Shown one piece after another: positions 20,007-30,744 of a stretch of 51,872 nt of DNA (its first letter is position 1; each line of letters starts with the position of its first letter). Made by a program: the position numbers and the translations under genes. The notes under the pieces are model-generated. The model had not been told where the DNA came from and ran no database searches. It saw nothing but the letters and a program-made list of their open reading frames with translations. The DNA comes from Acaryochloridaceae cyanobacterium VAR_48_metabat_390 (GTDB lineage Bacteria > Cyanobacteriota > Cyanobacteriia > Thermosynechococcales > Thermosynechococcaceae), in NCBI GenBank assembly GCA_031422435.1, contig JANPLU010000099.1, forward strand, positions 1-51,872, given 5' to 3'.

Positions 20007-20117
20007 TTATGGCTTACCTCCCATACTGCCAACCCCGCTAAACAGCATCAGCAGCCCCCCAATCAAAATAAAGAGCGCCGCGCCCCCAAGTACCCAATCT
20101 GGCAGTGCATTTTCCAT
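20007..20117 (-). CDS. Small 36-aa single-pass membrane protein (not in the ORF track)
   Basis: MENALPDWVLGGAALFILIGGLLMLFSGVGSMGGKP*; AGGA upstream of the ATG; one clean TM helix. Confidence 0.7.
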   Translation of the reverse strand: MENALPDWVLGGAALFILIGGLLMLFSGVGSMGGKP

Positions 20118-20206
20118 TTCAGTTATTCCTGTTTAGGTTTATCTATTTTTACAATCGGTCAGCTAATGAGGCTTGAGTCAGAGGGTTTGAGCCAGAAGGC
20201 TGGAAC

Positions 20207-21031
20207 CTAGACAGTCGAACCAACCCTTCGTTTAGGCCACACCTTAAAGATCTCATGGGCAAACGTTGCCACGTTAACGCTGAGCTGGGGCTGAAGCAGT
20301 TCAGCATCAAAGGTTTGCATCCGCTGCTCTTGCGTCAATAGGCAGAGGCTTAGAAACGTTTCTGGGCTAAATCTCACCATCCAGCGCATTGCGTCAGGGC
20401 GCTCGTCTACATCTTTTGTTCCAAAGGCTGCCATCAGCCTTACAAACATACCGCTACGATTCCACAGCACAGGTGCTGCGCGCCATTCCCCCCAGCGTTT
20501 CTTTAGCTTCACTTTTTGATAGGCCATCCAGTTCACTAAAAAAACGGTGTGACGGGTCTGCTCAGCAAAAAGCAAACTCAGATGCTCATTTAACTCGTCA
20601 GGAATAAACTTGGCCTGATGAGCGGCTGCTCTGAGTCCATCCATCCAAAAGAAATCTAGAGCGTTTCGATATCCCACTTCAATAAAAGCTGCTTCCAGGT
20701 TTTTCGGAATCGTTACGACTGGAAGGGTGGGGGATGGGATGCTGTAAGTTTCTAAAAAAGATTGAATGGCAGCAACCACCCGCTTTTGTTCCTCCCCTTG
20801 AAGCGTTACAGCCTCTTTGACCATAGGGTCTTTCAGGGTTTGGGCAAAGGCACAAACAATTTGGACGTTATAGTGCTGCGTCAATAAACATTCTTTCCAA
20901 AAGGGGAGGCTCTGGATTCGTTCCCTCAACAAAGGCTCTAAAGTGGGCCACTTGCCTAGACTGTCTGGGATATGACTTTCTATCAGACATTGACAGAATC
21001 GTTTTTTAGACTCGTAGCTCCCAATATTCAT
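20207..21031 (-). CDS. Ferritin-like domain protein with degenerate metal ligands
   Basis: Family-like N-terminus MNIGSYESKKRFC...WP.L...PFW; EAVTLQGEE; EQTRHTVFLVNW. Confidence 0.65.
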   Translation of the reverse strand: MNIGSYESKKRFCQCLIESHIPDSLGKWPTLEPLLRERIQSLPFWKECLLTQHYNVQIVCAFAQTLKDPMVKEAVTLQGEEQKRVVAAIQSFLETYSIPSPTLPVVTIPKNLEAAFIEVGYRNALDFFWMDGLRAAAHQAKFIPDELNEHLSLLFAEQTRHTVFLVNWMAYQKVKLKKRWGEWRAAPVLWNRSGMFVRLMAAFGTKDVDERPDAMRWMVRFSPETFLSLCLLTQEQRMQTFDAELLQPQLSVNVATFAHEIFKVWPKRRVGSTV

Positions 21032-21267
21032 AGTCTTCTCGGTGCAGTCTTCATCAGTGTAGTATTAAGCCTTGGACACACCTTTAGGGCAGCGTGCCCT
21101 CCTTCTTAAGAATACAGGGGACGGTGAAGCATGATGTTGTCCTTGGATTGTTCATTAATTACTTTGAGTCTGGCTGTACGATTTAACAACGATTTCATGG
21201 TTCTAAAACATTGCCGAACGGTCAAAGCAACGAGCCTGATCTCCATTAGTTCTACGCATTAAAAAGG

Positions 21268-22833
21268 ATGAGTCCACTGCGAGTGAATCATTTATCACGA
21301 GAGTCAATTCAAGAGCCGATTGTGTCCGCTCAGCAGATGCGAGAGATTGAGTCTTGTATTTTTGCGGGTGGAATGCCAGTTGCCGCACTGATGGAAAAGA
21401 TTGGGGGTCTGCTTGCAAGTCGCATTCAGACTCTTTTTTCGTTGGAAAGTTTTCCCTCTATTGGCGTTTTGGTCGGGCCTGGTCATAACGGGGGCGATGC
21501 TTTAGTGGTGGCAAGGGAACTATTTCTTCGGGGTTATCAGGTACAGATTTATCAACCCTGTGAAAGCCGCAAGGAATTGACCCTAGCCCATGCTCAGGTT
21601 GCACGATCGCTCTTTTCTATCCCCTTCTGCACGACCATCGAAGATCTGCACTCTTGTGATGTGCTGGTAGATGGGCTGTTTGGGTTTGGGTTAAAGCGGA
21701 GATTAGAAGGGGCGATCGCCGCAACCATCCACACGCTCAACCAATGGGCAAAACCTACAGTCAGCATTGATTTACCTTCAGGTATTCATACCGACACAGG
21801 TGAAGTTTTAGGGATAGCGGTACGGGCGACCTACACCTTGTGTCTAGGACTTTGGAAGTTGGGCTTAGTCCAAGATTCTGCCCTGGAATGGATGGGACAG
21901 GCTGAACTGCTTGATTTTGATATTCCATGGACTTGCGTGGAAACTGCGCTGGGAAATCCCATTCCGATTCAGCGACTCGTTGCCCAACAGATGATGCAAA
22001 AGCTGCCGCTGGTGCGATCGCCCCTCACCCACAAGTATCAACAAGGTCATCTGCTGCTGATTGGTGGCTCTCAAACCTATCCAGGTAGCGTGATTTTGGC
22101 AGGGTTAGGCGCACGAGCTTCAGGCGTCGGGATGCTGACTATTGTGGTTCCGGCAAGCATTAAGTCTTTAGTGGTGGCACGGTTGCCTGATGCGGTGGTG
22201 ATTGGCTGTGATGAGACGGGACGCGGGGCGATCGCGTATCTCCCTCAAGATTTAGATTTGGGAAGGTTTGATGCGATCGCCTACGGTCCTGGCGTGACGA
22301 CAGAATCAGCGGCGGTGTTAGAGCAGGTGCTCAAGTGCGATCGCCCTTTAATTCTTGATGCAGATGGACTCAATCTCTTGGCGAACCTTAACGCTGATTG
22401 CCTGCAAACCCGAAAGAACATGACCGTTTTAACCCCGCATAGGGGAGAATTTCAGCGGCTATTTTCGCAGTTGACTGACGCTGCCTTGCCAATGATGGCA
22501 GCACAGCAAGCCGCCCAAAATTTTAAGGCAGTCATTGTGATGAAAGGAGCCTGTACCTCCATTGCTACCCCCAATGGACAAATATGGGTCAATACAGAAA
22601 GTACACCTGCGCTAGCGCGGGGCGGAAGTGGAGATGTTTTGACGGGGCTGATGGGTGGGCTAATGGCGCAGGCGCAAAAACAAAACCAATCTAAGGAATC
22701 AGCGGTACAGGCGGCTGTGTGGTGGCATTCTCAGGCGGGTCGCTGGACGGCTCAGCAACACACGATGATGGGAGTAAATGCAGAGATACTTGCAAAATCG
22801 TTGATCTCAGCCTTAAAACTAGATTTTTTGTAA
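21268..22833 (+). CDS. nnr: Bifunctional NAD(P)H-hydrate epimerase/dehydratase
   Basis: GPGHNGGD, DGLFGFG, IDLPSG, HKY, LDADGLN, TPHRGEF, GGSGDVLTG. Confidence 0.95.
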   Translation: MSPLRVNHLSRESIQEPIVSAQQMREIESCIFAGGMPVAALMEKIGGLLASRIQTLFSLESFPSIGVLVGPGHNGGDALVVARELFLRGYQVQIYQPCESRKELTLAHAQVARSLFSIPFCTTIEDLHSCDVLVDGLFGFGLKRRLEGAIAATIHTLNQWAKPTVSIDLPSGIHTDTGEVLGIAVRATYTLCLGLWKLGLVQDSALEWMGQAELLDFDIPWTCVETALGNPIPIQRLVAQQMMQKLPLVRSPLTHKYQQGHLLLIGGSQTYPGSVILAGLGARASGVGMLTIVVPASIKSLVVARLPDAVVIGCDETGRGAIAYLPQDLDLGRFDAIAYGPGVTTESAAVLEQVLKCDRPLILDADGLNLLANLNADCLQTRKNMTVLTPHRGEFQRLFSQLTDAALPMMAAQQAAQNFKAVIVMKGACTSIATPNGQIWVNTESTPALARGGSGDVLTGLMGGLMAQAQKQNQSKESAVQAAVWWHSQAGRWTAQQHTMMGVNAEILAKSLISALKLDFL

Positions 22834-22924
22834 ACACCAAAAAAATTAGGAGCGTGGGATGGCTGGCGGCTGAGGTCGCAACGCGTCAAGGCATCAAAAT
22901 TGCCACTGCCGTCCTCTTTAACAG

Positions 22925-24622
<1,698 letters not shown>

Positions 24623-24662
24623 TCACTCAAATCATACCGCCATAGCCATAGCAGCTCATGTC

Positions 24663-24730
24663 TGTAAGGGCGGGTTTAGCGGATACTGCATTAGAGAATC
24701 CTAGATTTATCGGCAAACCCCGCCCCTACA
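24663..24730. repeat. REP-like inverted repeat (GTAGGGGCGGGTTT...AAACCCGCCCCTAC family)
   Basis: TGTAAGGGCGGGTTT ... AAACCCCGCCCCTACA between pyk and pyrG. Confidence 0.75.
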
Positions 24731-24767
24731 AAACCCAGATGATCGTTTATTCTCATTCCTTGGTTTG

Positions 24768-26555
24768 CTACACCAGTAAATCTGACACTTTTTGATAATT
24801 ATCAAAGCTGCCAGAATACACCAGCCCTCTCGGGATGTCTAAGGTCAAAATGGTGCCATCCCGAATCAGCTCCATTGCACTTTCTACACCCACAATGACG
24901 GGAATGCCCAAGCGTAATCCCAGTACGGCAGCATGACCATGGCGATCGCCATCTTCGGTAATAATCGCTGCCGCCTTACGGATTGCATCTACATGCATGG
25001 CCTCAGTATGAGCAGCAACTAAGATTTCTCCGACATGGAAATCCTTGAGGCTGTTGGGGCCATTGGCGATACGCGCGCGACCGCTGACCGCACCCTGACC
25101 GATCCCCACGCCCTGACCCATCACCGCTGTGACCAGCTCCACCTTAATAAGGTCTGTTGAGCCAGACACATTTTGGAGCGTCCCTGCCGTCATTACCACC
25201 AGGTCGCCTTCTTTGACATGGCCTTTCTCTAGCGCCGCCGTAATCGAGGCTTGAAAAGTTTGACGCACGGAGGGCAGATTGAGAACCAATAAAGGCTGTA
25301 CTCCCCATACCATCTGAAGCTGACGGGCAATTTCAACGTGGGGTGTAACTGCCAAAATCGGGATGTTGGGTCGAAATTTAGAGACGTTCCGCGCCGTTGC
25401 GCCCGTCTTGGTTAGGCTCAAAATCGCCTTTGCGCCCAACTGCACTGCAATTTGCCCAACTGCCGCGCTAATGGCGTTGGGAATTGAGCGCTCCGAGGCC
25501 GTTTCCGTCATCCAGTTAGGCCATAGGTGACGCTCTTGGTCAATGCGTTCTGCAATCCGCGCCATGGTTGCTACGGCCTCAACGGGGTAGTTCCCTACGG
25601 CGGCTTCGTTAGAGAGCATGACGGCATCGGTGCCGTCCAAAATGGCGTTGGCAACGTCCGAAATTTCTGCGCGGGTAGGGCGGGGGCTATTGACCATGCT
25701 GTCTAGCATTTGGGTCGCCGTAATGACCGGAATCCCCAAGCGATTGGCGGTGGCAATCAATCGCTTTTGTAGCATGGGCACGTCTTCGGCGGGTAGCTCC
25801 ACGCCTAGGTCGCCCCGTGCCACCATAACCCCATCACACAGGCGCAGAATTTCTTCCATCTGCTCGATCGCCTCGTGTTTCTCAATCTTGGCGATCACAG
25901 GGGTAGATTTACCCGCAGCGGCAATCAGCTCTTTAATTTCAACCACGTCTTCTGGGTTGCGTACAAAGCTGAGGGCAATCCAATCCACGCCTTGATCCAG
26001 ACCAAAGACCAAATCGCGGCGGTCTTTGTCCGTCAGCGCCTTGATCGACAAATACACGCCTGGGAAATTAACGCCCTTGGCATTGGATAACGGCCCGCCC
26101 ACCACCACGCGGCAGTGCAGCTCACCTTCGGCAACCTTCACTTCCTCAACCTTCATCTCAACGCGCCCATCATCTAGCATGATGATTGCGCCGTTGGGAA
26201 CTTCTTCTGCGAGAGGAGTATAGGTGACGGAGCTAATGGTTTGGGTGCCTGGCACATCTCGACTGGTCAAGATAAAGCGATCGCCCTTTTTGAGGGTGAT
26301 TGGCCCATCGGCAAACTTACCCAGCCGAATTTTAGGACCCTGCAAATCTTGCAAAATTGCAACGGGACGGTTCAGCTCATAGGAAAGTTGGCGGATCAGG
26401 CGAATCGAAGATCGATGATCTTCATGAGTACCGTGGGAAAAATTAAGGCGTAGGGTCGTAGCGCCTGCTTCAATAACCGCTCTCAGCATTTCAGGCGTTG
26501 AAATCGCTGGACCAACGGTAGCAACAATTTTAGTGCGGCGAAAAGAGTCTGGCAT
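24768..26555 (-). CDS. pyk: Pyruvate kinase with C-terminal PEP-utilizer mobile domain
   Basis: RRTKIVATVGPA, RLNFSHG, DLQGPKIR, MVARGDLGVE, ATQMLDSM; C-terminal HAAVLG. Confidence 0.98.
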   Translation of the reverse strand: MPDSFRRTKIVATVGPAISTPEMLRAVIEAGATTLRLNFSHGTHEDHRSSIRLIRQLSYELNRPVAILQDLQGPKIRLGKFADGPITLKKGDRFILTSRDVPGTQTISSVTYTPLAEEVPNGAIIMLDDGRVEMKVEEVKVAEGELHCRVVVGGPLSNAKGVNFPGVYLSIKALTDKDRRDLVFGLDQGVDWIALSFVRNPEDVVEIKELIAAAGKSTPVIAKIEKHEAIEQMEEILRLCDGVMVARGDLGVELPAEDVPMLQKRLIATANRLGIPVITATQMLDSMVNSPRPTRAEISDVANAILDGTDAVMLSNEAAVGNYPVEAVATMARIAERIDQERHLWPNWMTETASERSIPNAISAAVGQIAVQLGAKAILSLTKTGATARNVSKFRPNIPILAVTPHVEIARQLQMVWGVQPLLVLNLPSVRQTFQASITAALEKGHVKEGDLVVMTAGTLQNVSGSTDLIKVELVTAVMGQGVGIGQGAVSGRARIANGPNSLKDFHVGEILVAAHTEAMHVDAIRKAAAIITEDGDRHGHAAVLGLRLGIPVIVGVESAMELIRDGTILTLDIPRGLVYSGSFDNYQKVSDLLV

Positions 26556-26692
26556 GGACAAAGGAATATAGCTCAAGGTTAAAGCTTTAAAATAAAAAGT
26601 GCGGAAACTTATTGATGCCTGACTTTAGCTGATTTTGGGTTCAATCTGCTACCCACCTATCACCTTTTTTTGATATTTCCGGCACAACCCGC

Positions 26693-27139
26693 ATGAAGCT
26701 AACTACCCGTGGGCACTATAGCCTCAAGGCGCTCTTAGACCTTAGCCTTCAGCCCCGCTATGGCCCTGCCTCAGTGACCGTGATTGCTCAGCGTCAATCG
26801 CTTCCGGCACCCTACCTAGAAAAGCTGTTGATTGAGTTACGCAAGGCTGAGATTGTGCGCTCGGTGCGGGGTTCTCAAGGAGGGTATCGGTTAGCGCGAT
26901 CGCCCGCTCAGATCTCGCTCGGTCAAATTTTAGAGGCCATTGGTGAATGGGATGAGCCATTCCCTGTAGTGGTGCAAGACGACTGCGCTAATGCGGAAGA
27001 TTGGGTAGCAACAGCCGTCTGGAAACGTCTAGGGCAGCGCCTTAAGTCCCTTCTTCACGACATAACGCTAGAAGATCTGTACTATGACGCTCGAAGTTGG
27101 CAGGCAGCCCAAAGCGCAGACACCAATTTTACGGTTTAG
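26693..27139 (+). CDS. Rrf2-family transcriptional regulator
   Basis: MKLTTRGHYS, YLEKLL, SVRGSQGGY; lacks the IscR three-Cys motif. Confidence 0.92.
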   Translation: MKLTTRGHYSLKALLDLSLQPRYGPASVTVIAQRQSLPAPYLEKLLIELRKAEIVRSVRGSQGGYRLARSPAQISLGQILEAIGEWDEPFPVVVQDDCANAEDWVATAVWKRLGQRLKSLLHDITLEDLYYDARSWQAAQSADTNFTV

Positions 27140-27295
27140 CCCATTACAGCTAATCTACAAACTCATCAACGCTAGAAATAGACTGTAGGCGGTCTAGCGA
27201 TTGCAGCGAGTTAAAAACTGAAGGCCTTCATCATACAAAAGCTTTCCGCCGTGAATTATGGCTCGCCACCAAGGTGCTTCAAGCACAAAAGGCTG

Positions 27296-27997
27296 CTACA
27301 CTGGCTGCTCTAACGCTTGGAAATAAATAGAGAATTCGGTTAAATGGTCTTGATTTACCAAAGTATTAAACCCGTGAATAATGGTGGAGCACCGAGTAAT
27401 ATAAAGTTTAATCCACCTTCTGAAATCTTCTGCTTCTGAATCTTGTAAAGTATCCGTCATCGAGCGACTGACCTGAAGAAGATAATCTTCATTGAACTCA
27501 AAGCCCTTGAGCCGAAGTGATTCAGGGCAGGAAATCATAAAATAATCTCTTGCAATTTTAGAGCCTAAATACATTTCCCCACACTTGAGCAGCACCTCTA
27601 AGATTTCTACGGTTTTAGCAATGGTTAATGCATGATGGATTGCTGCTTCTAAAGGTATAGCGGCAGCTACTTCAGATTTTTGCGGGGTGCCTGAAATTGC
27701 TGCATCAGAAAACCCAAGCAATAGGAAAATCTGTTGCTCAACCTGTTTGAGCTGTTCTGGATGCCGTCCATCGGTTGTCAAATTTTGATAAGCACGAGCC
27801 AGAATTTCTAAGTTATTAATTCGCTGAAGACGCTCTGAAGGATTCATCACTAACCGATGGAGAATTTCTTCGGGTTCTCGTAATGTTAAATCTGGCGCCG
27901 CAGAATCTGTAAGCGTGTGCAGCAAGTCTTTACGCGACTGGATTAATCGACGTACATAGTAGCTTGCCATGGGAGAAAGCTTATTAGACAAACTCAT
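27296..27997 (-). CDS. Hypothetical protein divergent from the V4R operon
   Basis: 233-aa ORF with two apparent helical domains joined by a short low-complexity linker. Confidence 0.75.
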   Translation of the reverse strand: MSLSNKLSPMASYYVRRLIQSRKDLLHTLTDSAAPDLTLREPEEILHRLVMNPSERLQRINNLEILARAYQNLTTDGRHPEQLKQVEQQIFLLLGFSDAAISGTPQKSEVAAAIPLEAAIHHALTIAKTVEILEVLLKCGEMYLGSKIARDYFMISCPESLRLKGFEFNEDYLLQVSRSMTDTLQDSEAEDFRRWIKLYITRCSTIIHGFNTLVNQDHLTEFSIYFQALEQPV

Positions 27998-28233
27998 AGT
28001 GAACCGAAACCCAAGGGGAAGTCTTTTAGCTGTGAAGCAACGCTATTAGTCGTCACGCTATGAATGGTGATGTCCATAGTAGAGAGATTTTTTGGTGAGA
28101 CTGATATAGAAGCAATACATATGTATGTTGACAGCCCCTTATGTATATTGAGGACTTGATGTCAGTTGACTGCTCTCATCACTCATTAATCCCAAACTGA
28201 ACTCATATTTCGCATTTTTAGAAAGCCATTTAA

Positions 28234-28255
28234 AAATCCGTAGAATTACGGATTT
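28234..28255. promoter_or_regulatory. Palindromic candidate operator upstream of the V4R operon
   Basis: AAATCCGTA-GAAT-TACGGATTT perfect 9-4-9 inverted repeat. Confidence 0.55.
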
Positions 28256-28385
28256 ATTCGATGATTCATTTGCCCGACGAGAGGGGCATATTGAAGATAA
28301 CGCAGATATAAATGCCAACTATTGAATCCACCGTTAATCAGGCTGAATTTATGGCACGGAACTACACCTCGGGGGGATATTCACT

Positions 28386-29105
28386 GTGATTTTAGCGACC
28401 TCTGAACAATCTAGCCCCCTACTTGACTACTCTTATAAGGTGGATCATCTTCTTAAGAAGAAGTATCCACAACGCCATCATCACTATCGCTTCAGCGACT
28501 TCTTCTCCTTTAATTCTGAGGCGGGAAGTGTCGTTGACTGGAACGACTCTCGCAATATTTTTGCAGGCGAGGACTTCATTGTGGCTCTGATTGAAGGGCT
28601 TGAAGAAGAGGTTGGCAATGCTTCTTCTGTCGTGATGTACAGCATGGGTCGCCAATGGGGACAACGAGATGCGGAAGCGTTTAAGATTTGGTTTTTTAAG
28701 GAGTTTGGCTTTGACGTAAAGCAGTCTAGCCTTTCTTTTATCTTGGAAACTTGGTGGTGGCCGTTTGCCAGCCAGGGCTGGGGCAACTGGGAGGTTGATC
28801 TCAACGAGCAAAAAAATGGCTTTATGTTTATCAACGTATTTGACTCTGCCGTCGCTCGGACGCTGGGTGATGTGGGTAAACCTGTCTGCCATATTTATGC
28901 AGGTCTGTTTTCTGGTTTCTTTAGTGGACTCATTCAGAAGCAGCTCAACTGTATTGAAATTCAGTGTTATGCCATGGGCGAAACTTACTGCAAGTTTTTG
29001 CTCGGTAAGCAAGATCGGATTGATTCTGCAACCTTTTGGCAGACTGAAGGCGCTACAGCTCGCGACATTGAAAAACGGCTCCAGCATGGAGAGTATCTAG
29101 GATGA
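28386..29105 (+). CDS. V4R domain protein (Slr0144-like)
   Basis: QGWG, PVCHIYAG, CIEIQCYAMGETYCKF V4R metal-ligand pattern. Confidence 0.88.
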   Translation: MILATSEQSSPLLDYSYKVDHLLKKKYPQRHHHYRFSDFFSFNSEAGSVVDWNDSRNIFAGEDFIVALIEGLEEEVGNASSVVMYSMGRQWGQRDAEAFKIWFFKEFGFDVKQSSLSFILETWWWPFASQGWGNWEVDLNEQKNGFMFINVFDSAVARTLGDVGKPVCHIYAGLFSGFFSGLIQKQLNCIEIQCYAMGETYCKFLLGKQDRIDSATFWQTEGATARDIEKRLQHGEYLG

Positions 29106-29473
29106 TTGCATCTGTTGCCCACTGGTCAACACAAACCGTTGGAGCGTTTTGGGAAACAGTTTCTTGGCAGGGTGCTAGAGGTAATAAGGCTCTCTCGGCT
29201 GGCTCCAACGTAGCGGCTCAACCGTTAAATTGGCGCTCTCTCAGTGTTCGAGGGTTTTTCTCTAACATTGCTTGGGACGGAAACGGTCTGTTTCAGCCGC
29301 TTCAGTCTGGTGCTGAAACATTCCAGACACTTTCTTATTTACGACCCATCCAGGCATTTTTTAGTAGTTTTTCCTGGGAAGGATGCCCCAACATTGGCGC
29401 AGTACCGCAATTTACTGCAAGCCCAAGTAAAGTTACCGAAATTAGCCTTGATGACCTTTCAGATTTGTTTTAG
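29102..29473 (+). CDS. Hypothetical protein with three W/F-rich repeats (Slr0145-like)
   Basis: TVGAFWETVSWQG / SVRGFFSNIAWDG / PIQAFFSSFSWEG; starts at the stop of the upstream V4R gene. Confidence 0.75.
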   Translation: MIASVAHWSTQTVGAFWETVSWQGARGNKALSAGSNVAAQPLNWRSLSVRGFFSNIAWDGNGLFQPLQSGAETFQTLSYLRPIQAFFSSFSWEGCPNIGAVPQFTASPSKVTEISLDDLSDLF

Positions 29474-29488
29474 GACGAAGCAACGGTA

Positions 29489-29974
29489 ATGGATACTGCA
29501 CTGCAATCATTAATTTATGCGGCGGACGATCACTATCTCAGTGATGCTGACCTGGATCGGTTTGGGAAAGATGTACAGGCTTTGGGCGATCGCATTGAAG
29601 CCTACGAATACATCCGTGAACGCGAGCTGTCGATTCTTCAGCCTGCCGTAGACTACCTGACCGAAGAATTTCTAGGTTCAGACTCCAAGCTTTTAGAGCG
29701 TGCAGTGATGCACTGGCTCTCAATTTTAAGATACGCCGCGATGGCAATGCTGCTCAATAACTCAGAATACCTGAGCCGCCGCATCTTAGAGTGGTTGCCC
29801 GACCTTGTTGAGGTCTATCAACTTCGCGATATTGAGCTAGCCCTCTATCGGCTGATTTTAGTTCAGGCCAAAAGCAGCCTATCGCCAGAGCAGTTAGCGC
29901 TCATTAAGCCCTATCTCGAAGAAGCCTACGCGGTGCTCCTCAACGCAAAGCCTGCACTTCAAAAAGCCGCCTAG
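29489..29974 (+). CDS. Phycobiliprotein/globin-fold protein (Slr0146-like), no Cys
   Basis: AADDHYLSDADL N-terminus, LRYAAMAML, IKPYL. Confidence 0.8.
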   Translation: MDTALQSLIYAADDHYLSDADLDRFGKDVQALGDRIEAYEYIRERELSILQPAVDYLTEEFLGSDSKLLERAVMHWLSILRYAAMAMLLNNSEYLSRRILEWLPDLVEVYQLRDIELALYRLILVQAKSSLSPEQLALIKPYLEEAYAVLLNAKPALQKAA

Positions 29975-30008
29975 TGTTTCTGGACACACCCTACGAGGAC
30001 GTATTTCC

Positions 30009-30680
30009 ATGATTTCTGTCAAAGAGTTAGTTAGAGAATCTCATCTCCCCAGCAATTATTTTGCCCCTGATGTCTATATTCAGGGCGACTTAGAAGCGGG
30101 CCTGATTGAGAATCGCAAAGGTGCCCGTCTCTTGGCACTGCCAGAGCCGTTTTTGCGCGCTATTTATGAAGGGCTAGCCGAAGAAGTCGGCGCTGCCTCA
30201 GAATCTGTGCTGTATAAATGCGGAGCCTGGTGGGGCAAAACATTTTATCGTCGCTTTGCAGAAGAAGTAAGCCAGCACCATAAACAGCCTCTGGCAGAGA
30301 TTGAAATGATTGAGTTTTTACAGTGCTTTAAGCAAAGCTGGAAAACCCACGGCTGGGGCAAAGTTGACCTAGATTTCAATTTCTATCAGCAGGGCTTTAT
30401 TGTCGTTCAGGTTCGCAATTCTGCCTTTGCGACCAGCGGTTCTGCCCTTGGTAAACCCAAGTGTTTTGTAGAAGCAGGGTTGCTTAGCTCCTTCTTTAGT
30501 GGACTCACTGGCCAAAAGCTTCACTGTATCCAGACCACCTGCGAATCATTGGGTGCTGAATGCAATCACTTTGTATTGGGTCTGCCCGAGCGCGTTAAGC
30601 GAGCTGAAGCTTGGCTGCAAGAAAATCATGACCACGCCACCATCATGGATCGGCTCTGTCAAGGTCAGGCAAACCGTTAG
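30009..30680 (+). CDS. V4R domain protein (Slr0147-like)
   Basis: GARLLALP, HGWG, PKC..AG, CIQTTCESLGAECNHF. Confidence 0.88.
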   Translation: MISVKELVRESHLPSNYFAPDVYIQGDLEAGLIENRKGARLLALPEPFLRAIYEGLAEEVGAASESVLYKCGAWWGKTFYRRFAEEVSQHHKQPLAEIEMIEFLQCFKQSWKTHGWGKVDLDFNFYQQGFIVVQVRNSAFATSGSALGKPKCFVEAGLLSSFFSGLTGQKLHCIQTTCESLGAECNHFVLGLPERVKRAEAWLQENHDHATIMDRLCQGQANR

Positions 30681-30744
30681 GTAAAAGCCTCAGCCATGAG
30701 CCATTTCTTTAAACTTATCAACATCAACGCAAGAGGCTTGAGCC

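Noticed and set aside
19983..20210. 75-aa plus-strand ORF in the track
   Set aside because: Antisense shadow of the 36-aa TM sORF, which has an RBS and a coherent hydrophobic helix
26693..27139. Calling the Rrf2 protein IscR
   Set aside because: Only one Cys, no Fe-S ligand triad, and no isc/suf genes adjacent
28010..28043. GGAAGT...GAAGCAACGC resembling the 3' part of a glutamine (glnA) riboswitch
   Set aside because: No complementary 5' CGTTG strand for P1, and wrong orientation for the adjacent gene
28419..29087. 222-aa minus-strand ORF
   Set aside because: Entirely antisense to the V4R gene, with no recognisable motifs
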